From Patescibacteria group bacterium (GTDB lineage Bacteria; Patescibacteriota; Patescibacteriia; SG8-24; DYFX01), in contig CP129476.1 of assembly GCA_030583805.1 (NCBI GenBank), forward strand, positions 181,453 to 245,452: a DNA stretch of 64,000 bases. The letters run 5' to 3'. Both the position numbers and the translations under genes were made by a program. The notes under the pieces are model-generated. The model saw only the letters and a list, made by a program, of their open reading frames with translations. It did not search any database and had not been told where the DNA came from. Below, one piece after another: positions 58,993 through 64,000 of the stretch. Position 1 is the stretch's first letter. Every line of letters begins with the position of its first letter.

Positions 58993-60333
58993 CTAGTTGT
59001 TCGCCGGCGTCGTGAACGTGAGTTCGGACGAAGCCGTCGTGTTTCCCGCCGCGTCAGAGGCGATGATAATCGCGTGATAGGTCGTCTCGGGCGAGAGACC
59101 GGTCAATGCGACGTCATGCGCGCTGGCGGCGACGGTCACGGCGACCGTCGACGTTCCGCTCGTGTCGACGGGCGTGCTGGTGCTCGAATAGACGGCCGCA
59201 GTCACGTTTTCATTGGTCGTGAAGAGCAGGTGCGCGGACGTCGCCACGATGCTGCCAACCGACGACGTAAGGAAGGTCGGTGCCGTCGTGTCCGGCTGGG
59301 CCAGCGTCGTGAACATCACTTCAGACGAGGTCGTCGAGTTTCCAGATCCATCCGTGACCACGACGCGGACGTAATACGTCGTCGAAGCGGCGAGTCCCGT
59401 CAGATTGATGCTGTGGGTGACGGACGACGAAGCGCTCGCGACAAAACTGGCGGACGAGCCGGTGTCGACCGGCGTCGAAGTCGAAGAATAGACCTTCGCG
59501 CTCACGGACTCATTGGCGGTAAGAAGAACGCGTGCGGAAGACGTTGTGACGCTGTCGGTCGAGAGTCCGGTGATCGTAGGGGTGGTCGTGTCGTTGTTGT
59601 CATCATCGTCCTCATCATCGTCATCGTGGGGGCAGCGACCTTCCGTGTCGCCATGGCCGATGTGCGCCGGGAGCGACGGACGAGCGATCGCGATCGTGTG
59701 AGCCTTATCCCCGCCCGCCTTGTGGCAAACGAGCACCTTGTTTTTGCCGAAGCCGTCGTTCTCGAACGCGTCGTCGGACGCGCCGCGCGCGCGGAGTTTC
59801 GAAAGGCGCTTTTCGCGGAGCGTCTTGATGAGATCGGAGGATTTGCGCTCGCGCTCAGGCTTGAAGTCCCTTTCGTGCTCGACATCCGCGCCGAACGTAT
59901 AGTCGACGAAGAAGGCGTCCGACAAGTCGTCGACCATCTGGTTCCAGCGCTCGCCAAAGAGCGCGCGGGCCACGGCTTCGGACTTCAGCCAGCGGAGCAC
60001 GCCGCCTTCATCCACCGCGTACACCTTGGGGTCGGTCTGGAGTTTGACGAGGCGCTTCGCCGGCTTGTACGGCACATTGCCGGTCAGCGGATGCTCGCTC
60101 AGCGTCGCGTCGTCCACTTCGACGACGCCGTCGAAATTCGCGTACCAGCTGGCAAAAATGCGGGCGTTCGGGAACACCTGTCGCCCGAGATCCTCGTCGA
60201 GGTAGTACACCGCCGAGGAAGAGACGGACTTCACCAGCTGGCCGGGAGCCAGCAAGGGGCCCTGCGCGCCGACCGCAGCCGGCATGGCGCCAAGCAACAG
60301 CGCCAAGGAGAGCATGAATGAAACCTTCTTCAT
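58993..60333 (-). CDS. secreted protein (446 aa): signal peptide, N-domain shared with the giant repeat protein, acidic linker, two fibronectin-III-like repeats
   Basis: Signal peptide MKKVSFMLSLALLLGAMPAAVGAQG. N-domain AVYYLDEDLGRQVFPN ... DPKVYAVDEGGVLRWLKSEAVARALFG aligns with AVYYCGADMKRYVFTN ... DPKVYAISHGGVLRPIGSEAVASALYG. DDDDEDDDD linker. Two repeats ending LTGLxxxTTYxxxxxxxDxxGNxTxSSExxFTT. Confidence 0.7.
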   Translation of the reverse strand: MKKVSFMLSLALLLGAMPAAVGAQGPLLAPGQLVKSVSSSAVYYLDEDLGRQVFPNARIFASWYANFDGVVEVDDATLSEHPLTGNVPYKPAKRLVKLQTDPKVYAVDEGGVLRWLKSEAVARALFGERWNQMVDDLSDAFFVDYTFGADVEHERDFKPERERKSSDLIKTLREKRLSKLRARGASDDAFENDGFGKNKVLVCHKAGGDKAHTIAIARPSLPAHIGHGDTEGRCPHDDDDEDDDDNNDTTTPTITGLSTDSVTTSSARVLLTANESVSAKVYSSTSTPVDTGSSASFVASASSSVTHSINLTGLAASTTYYVRVVVTDGSGNSTTSSEVMFTTLAQPDTTAPTFLTSSVGSIVATSAHLLFTTNENVTAAVYSSTSTPVDTSGTSTVAVTVAASAHDVALTGLSPETTYHAIIIASDAAGNTTASSELTFTTPANN

Positions 60334-60526
60334 AACCGTAAAAGATGAGTGAATAAGGATCACGTACCAAAATCCGCCTTATACGCGAAAATGGCTTGTC
60401 GCTATGCTATGACGCGCGAGAACGGGCTTTCTTACGCATATTGGGCCGCGCGTACAGTGGCCCCGGCCAGTCTACCACAGGGGAAAGCGCCCCAAGAGAA
60501 TGAACAATGCGCCTCCTTTTAGAAAA

Positions 60527-60970
60527 CTACTTTTCTACAAGTTTCCGCAACGTATCGATGACGGCACGCTTCCAAGACCGCATCGCGAACCACTTTATCA
60601 AGGGGGTTCCAATAATCCTGAGCAGCGGCCGGTGGATTTCAAGGTCGTACGTATACGTGATCTTGGTGCCTCCTTCAATGTCCTCCATGAAAAACTCTTC
60701 GTAACCCGAAGTTCCGAAAGAAGATTCGTTATTGGACCTAAAGCCGACATTCGGCACAAGTTCGGTTCGCATTTTCACGTCAAAAACCCTGCCAAACGAT
60801 TTCACTTTCGCGACCATCTTCTGGTGGTTTCCTTCTTTTTCGGTTATGCGTACGGATTCGGCAACGGCTGGAAAATACGTAGGCATCTTTTCAAAATCGG
60901 AAATGATCCTATAGATTTCCTCTTTTGGAGCCTTCAGCACCCAGGAGCCTTGCAGATGGAGACGCTTCAT
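60527..60970 (-). CDS. SRPBCC (Bet v1/polyketide-cyclase-like) family protein
   Basis: Start at the ATG at 60968-60970 (MKRLHLQGSWVLKAPKEEIYRIISDFEKMPTYFP). Length and pattern are typical of Polyketide_cyc2. Low GC. Confidence 0.55.
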   Translation of the reverse strand: MKRLHLQGSWVLKAPKEEIYRIISDFEKMPTYFPAVAESVRITEKEGNHQKMVAKVKSFGRVFDVKMRTELVPNVGFRSNNESSFGTSGYEEFFMEDIEGGTKITYTYDLEIHRPLLRIIGTPLIKWFAMRSWKRAVIDTLRKLVEK

Positions 60971-61235
60971 AAACGAAGTATAGTAAAGCGCAGCAACGAA
61001 CGTCCACCCGACAAGCAAAAACCCACCACGTTCGTGATGGGTCTTTGCTGGCTCCGCAGGTGGGTGGGGTACCCACAGGACTGTATGTGTTAGGGCTTTT
61101 TTGAGAGGCGACGTGGACGATTTTGACGCACGTGGGTCTCAAGGGGTTTGTGGTGAAATCGTACAAATCGAACACGATGCATAAGATCCATAGCAGAATT
61201 CGAATGGGAAAATCTGTACATGGGTAAGGTCGTGA

Positions 61236-62042
61236 TCAGAGCGTGATTCCCGGGTTCATCTCCTTCAGCTTCACCACCATCTCCTCCATGCCAAGCAAGT
61301 GGAATAGGTGATTCGCTGAGGCAGTGACTACCGTGTCTACGAGTCCTGTGACCTTCTCATTATTACGCTGTGCCATGGCAATCCAGTGCGCCTTGGCCTC
61401 AGCGCTTGCATTCCGTTCCTCCTCCTCTTGTTCTCTATGAAATTCCGCAACTCGATCAGGATTCGCATTCGGGAATATACTTCCAAAGATTTCCCTGCCC
61501 TTGCGAGCGTTCTCTGCTCTGAGAGCGGCGCCATCCATGAACCTTGGACCGTGGTGGACGTGCGGGTTTCTGTGCTCTGAAGTTCCCTCAAATGATGAGC
61601 CGATTTCTTGTTTCAACGCACGGTAGTATGCGCTCACATCATCACTGTTCGTTGCGACTGCACTCACGTCCTTCCTTGCATGGTCGACGTACGTTTCAAG
61701 CTTGTTCTTCAGCGTGTCCATGTCCTGTAAATACGCGTGGACGTGATGGTTGAACGATTCATCAAAGGCAATGCCCGACGAAATATCCGGATAGAAGGAC
61801 TCGAAGAATACTGGGTATCGAAGCACTTTATCCCTTGCGTAGCCAATGCTGCTGAGCATCTCCTGGTACTTCCTAAGCAGCACATCGTCTATGGCGTTTT
61901 GGTCGTACTCGGGCTGGAAGGCTTCGAGAAGCATTTCCGGTTCCTTGCATACAAAAAGTAGCGCGCGGATCTGCCCGAGCTTGTCTACAGGAGCATCAGC
62001 ACCCCCTTTAGTGTCTTTGTCCTCAATGTTTATATTAGACAT
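61236..62042 (-). CDS. hypothetical His-rich protein (268 aa), last gene of the island operon
   Basis: Start at the ATG at 62040-62042 (MSNINIEDKDTKGG). His clusters NHHVHAY and RNPHVHHGP. No family recognised. Confidence 0.45.
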   Translation of the reverse strand: MSNINIEDKDTKGGADAPVDKLGQIRALLFVCKEPEMLLEAFQPEYDQNAIDDVLLRKYQEMLSSIGYARDKVLRYPVFFESFYPDISSGIAFDESFNHHVHAYLQDMDTLKNKLETYVDHARKDVSAVATNSDDVSAYYRALKQEIGSSFEGTSEHRNPHVHHGPRFMDGAALRAENARKGREIFGSIFPNANPDRVAEFHREQEEEERNASAEAKAHWIAMAQRNNEKVTGLVDTVVTASANHLFHLLGMEEMVVKLKEMNPGITL

Positions 62043-62043
62043 A

Positions 62044-62053
62044 CGGTAGTGAG
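62044..62053. repeat. C10 homopolymer (G10 on the coding strand), 1 nt upstream of the 61236..62042 start codon
   Basis: Read directly: gagCCCCCCCCCCactctg. On the minus strand the context is TGA CCAAAGGCAGAGT GGGGGGGGGG C ATG. Confidence 0.9.
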
Positions 62054-62076
62054 CCCCCCCCCCACTCTGCCTTTGG

Positions 62077-62817
62077 TCATTTCCTAAGCATTTGTTCCGT
62101 TTCCTGCCTCTTGTACGGCTCGAACCGGCGAAGGTGGTCGATGACGGTACGAACATCCCCTTTCGCCTCGGCTTCCACGTGTGAGTACGTCCATGTTTCG
62201 CTATTCAGTCTTCCAGTGATGGCGTTAAGTACCCGAGCCAAAACATCGAGAAGGTCCCTGATTTCGTCTACGGTCAACTCCGGCGGCTGCGGCTTCTCGA
62301 CATCATCATGTGCCAGCCACTTGTCGCGATAGGTTTCCAGTCGCGCCAAAGTATCCGCATGCCTGTCGAGCATCTTCTTTATATCAACAAGCTCGCCGTA
62401 GTTCATGGCCTTGTATTTGACGACTAGCTCATCCAAGAATTCGCGTGAGCGATTCTGGTTGTATTCCTCAAACGCCTCGACCGTAAGGTTCTTCATGTTT
62501 CCCTCGGTAAAGCCGAGGACTTTGTTGATCGACAAAGCCTGCTTCGACGTGTCGAACATCTTGGCAAGTTCAAGCAGACAGTTCGTACGGAAAGCCTTCT
62601 CGGCCAAAATGAAAAAATGCCTGTATCCGCTCATCGTCTTTACGTTTGCTTCGGCCTCCTCCTGACCGAGGACATTCGGCGCCCTAGCTTCGCGCAGAGC
62701 GTCGAACAAATAGAAGAAAGAGAGGGCGTGATAGTAGCGCCGGTGCATGGTCTTGGCAAAATCCATCAACGTTTCAAATTCTCGCTTTTGCGGTTTTAGT
62801 CCTGAGGTATCCGCCAT
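62077..62817 (-). CDS. hypothetical alpha-helical protein with R-x5-H motif (possible HEPN-type domain)
   Basis: 246 aa. YRDKWLAHDD fits the Rx4-6H HEPN signature. Start ATG lies 1 nt after the stop of the upstream membrane-protein gene. Confidence 0.45.
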   Translation of the reverse strand: MADTSGLKPQKREFETLMDFAKTMHRRYYHALSFFYLFDALREARAPNVLGQEEAEANVKTMSGYRHFFILAEKAFRTNCLLELAKMFDTSKQALSINKVLGFTEGNMKNLTVEAFEEYNQNRSREFLDELVVKYKAMNYGELVDIKKMLDRHADTLARLETYRDKWLAHDDVEKPQPPELTVDEIRDLLDVLARVLNAITGRLNSETWTYSHVEAEAKGDVRTVIDHLRRFEPYKRQETEQMLRK

Positions 62818-62818
62818 A

Positions 62819-63523
62819 TTATTCTCCGATATACGACATCGCTATTAATACCGCACCGAATGCGAAAGATGCGGTGGTCAAGATCGGCATCGCGTAACCG
62901 AGAATAGCGGAGCCGATCTTATCGCGCAGTGTCTCTTTTCCAATGTTCTCTTCTGAAAGGATGGACATTTTTTCCTTCAGGTAGGCATCAAAAGAGCGAC
63001 CTTGGTCGTGTGTTTCCTTCAGTTGCTTCAGGATTCTTGTTTGCGCGTCCTTTTGCCATCTCACCACAGCTCCAAATCGTCGATTGTCGCGAAGATGAAT
63101 GAACAAGATGTCGAGAACACCCAGAACAACAGAGGTGACGAGCAGGAGCAAGCCGATCGTCGGTGACTTGTCCGCATCCGGATGTTGACCGAGCCCCGAT
63201 GCGGTGAAGCCGATGATGGTAAGGGAGAATCCGACGAGAGTCGTGAGGAAGGATCGAAACGAACTGACACCTTGTAGAAGAAGGGACTTGTTGTCCGACA
63301 AGACTTTTTCGAACACCTCCTTCACGTGTTTCTCTTCCTTGGAGAATCTCCACGTTTCCTTGGATATTTCCTCCGTCATTTTCTCTAGGTACAGGTCGGA
63401 CTTGCTTTCCAGGATGGATAACAGCTTCAGGATGGGCGGCGATGACAAAAACGCGATGAGCTCGTCCTTCCATGAGGGCTCCTGCATGTCCATTTGCTGC
63501 TCGTTTTCTGTCGGGTCCGTCAT
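62819..63523 (-). CDS. hypothetical membrane protein (N-terminal about 90-aa soluble domain plus 3 TM helices)
   Basis: Start at the ATG at 63521-63523 (MTDPTENEQQ), 4 nt after the stop of the HTH gene. TM helices FLTTLVGFSLTIIGFTASGL, IGLLLLVTSVVLGVLDILFI, IGSAILGYAMPILTTASFAFGAVLIAMSYI. Confidence 0.45.
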   Translation of the reverse strand: MTDPTENEQQMDMQEPSWKDELIAFLSSPPILKLLSILESKSDLYLEKMTEEISKETWRFSKEEKHVKEVFEKVLSDNKSLLLQGVSSFRSFLTTLVGFSLTIIGFTASGLGQHPDADKSPTIGLLLLVTSVVLGVLDILFIHLRDNRRFGAVVRWQKDAQTRILKQLKETHDQGRSFDAYLKEKMSILSEENIGKETLRDKIGSAILGYAMPILTTASFAFGAVLIAMSYIGE

Positions 63524-63527
63524 AACA

Positions 63528-63752
63528 CTATGTTCTTGGGTGCGCCTTATGTGAGGCAACGTAAAACCGATCCTCGATTGGCATGACGCGCTGACGTTCA
63601 AGATAGTCCAGTATTTCTGCCTCGTCGAAACGGAGGTGGCGGCCGATGCGATAAAACGGGAGGATCCGGCTCTGGACCATCCTATAGATCGTCGGATTCG
63701 AGACGATGAACATCTCGGCCACATCATCGATTGTCAGTAGTTTCTTTGACAT
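63528..63752 (-). CDS. excisionase-family (MerR-like) helix-turn-helix DNA-binding protein
   Basis: Start at the ATG at 63750-63752. MSKKLLTIDDVAEMFIVSNPTIYRMVQSRILPFYRIGRHLRFDEAEILDYL matches the Xis/AlpA-type HTH pattern (LLTxxEvAexLxVSxxTIYRxxxxGxLPxxRIGRxxRF). Confidence 0.6.
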   Translation of the reverse strand: MSKKLLTIDDVAEMFIVSNPTIYRMVQSRILPFYRIGRHLRFDEAEILDYLERQRVMPIEDRFYVASHKAHPRT

Positions 63753-63907
63753 GGAATCGGTTGTCCCTACGGCCCTCGGCCGCTGCCCCAACAATGTTGA
63801 GTTAGTGGATAGAGTTCGTTTGCCCACGAGACCGTAGGGGGTGGAATCTTATACCGACCCTCGACAAAAAGAAAACAGCCGCCATCGCGGGCATTTTCCA
63901 TCGGACT

Positions 63908-64000
63908 TACTTCTTTTCCGCAGCCTTCTGCTTATCCGCCATGTAGCAATCAAGGGCGAGGTGCGCGAGCTCGGTAAGGTCGTTCACGACTTCCGCCGCC
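63908..64000 (-). CDS. C-terminal end of an unidentified native-GC gene (partial, continues beyond window end)
   Basis: Minus-strand frame reads ...AAEVVNDLTELAHLALDCYMADKQKAAEKK then stop. A weak hairpin with a T-run follows. Too short to name. Confidence 0.3.

Larger units (their letters stand above)
60370..63900. mobile_element. candidate horizontally acquired island (lower GC, no integrase seen in window)
   Basis: GC drops to roughly 50% by eye, against above 60% in the flanks. Contains an excisionase-family HTH gene and a tight four-gene operon. The native-GC gene resumes at 63908. Confidence 0.35.

Noticed and set aside
60364-63907. att-site direct repeats or an integrase flanking the low-GC island.
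   Set aside because: No repeat of at least 10 nt shared between the two boundaries could be found by eye. No recombinase gene lies within the window. The island call rests on composition and gene content only.

Overview
This is a high-GC bacterial chromosomal segment. GC looks above 60% by eye across most of the window; no exact value was computed. Nearly all credible genes lie on the minus strand in long co-directional runs. I found no rRNA, tRNA or CRISPR array.

Recognisable content, in window order:
- mreB, with only its 5' end in the window.
- A UvrD/PcrA-type helicase fused to a RecB/Cas4-like iron-sulfur nuclease.
- Two adjacent cab-type beta-carbonic-anhydrase-like paralogs.
- A complete F-type ATP synthase operon (atpZ-B-E-F-H-A-G-D-C).
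- tatD, cvpA, metG, rsmI, add, thiI and a CCA-adding enzyme.
- A Hanks-type Ser/Thr kinase, lexA, and a sod-peroxiredoxin pair.
- pepA, bcp, a small ogt-like alkyltransferase, pcd, an rlmI-like methyltransferase.
- Class I ribonucleotide reductase in nrdB-nrdA order, and msrA.
- Two ABC-F ATPases flanking an M23 peptidase and a YceI-like protein, then greA.
- A YibE/F membrane protein, an HI0933-like flavoprotein, and recQ.
- A 1235-aa secreted repeat protein, plus a 446-aa paralog sharing its N-terminal domain with two Fn3-like repeats.
- A small protein with a duplicated CxxC-x17-CxxC zinc ribbon.
- A FadH-like reductase, a DAO-family oxidoreductase and a CaCA antiporter.

The best candidate for something new is an island of about 3.5 kb at roughly 60.4-63.9 kb. 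Its GC is visibly lower, around 50% by eye. It holds a tight four-gene minus-strand operon:
- an excisionase-family HTH protein,
- a 3-TM membrane protein,
- a protein carrying an R-x5-H (HEPN-like) motif,
- then a G10 homopolymer tract,
- then a His-rich protein of unknown function.
An SRPBCC-family gene lies at its lower edge. No integrase or att repeats are visible inside the window.

Other points worth a second look:
- a 58-aa ORF translationally coupled to a 625-aa highly charged protein upstream of cvpA;
- a GTTC-N7-GTTC direct repeat immediately upstream of lexA;
- an NrdR-box-like palindrome overlapping an apparently leaderless nrdB promoter;
- a pair of strongly RBS-supported unknown genes between msrA and the first ABC-F gene.
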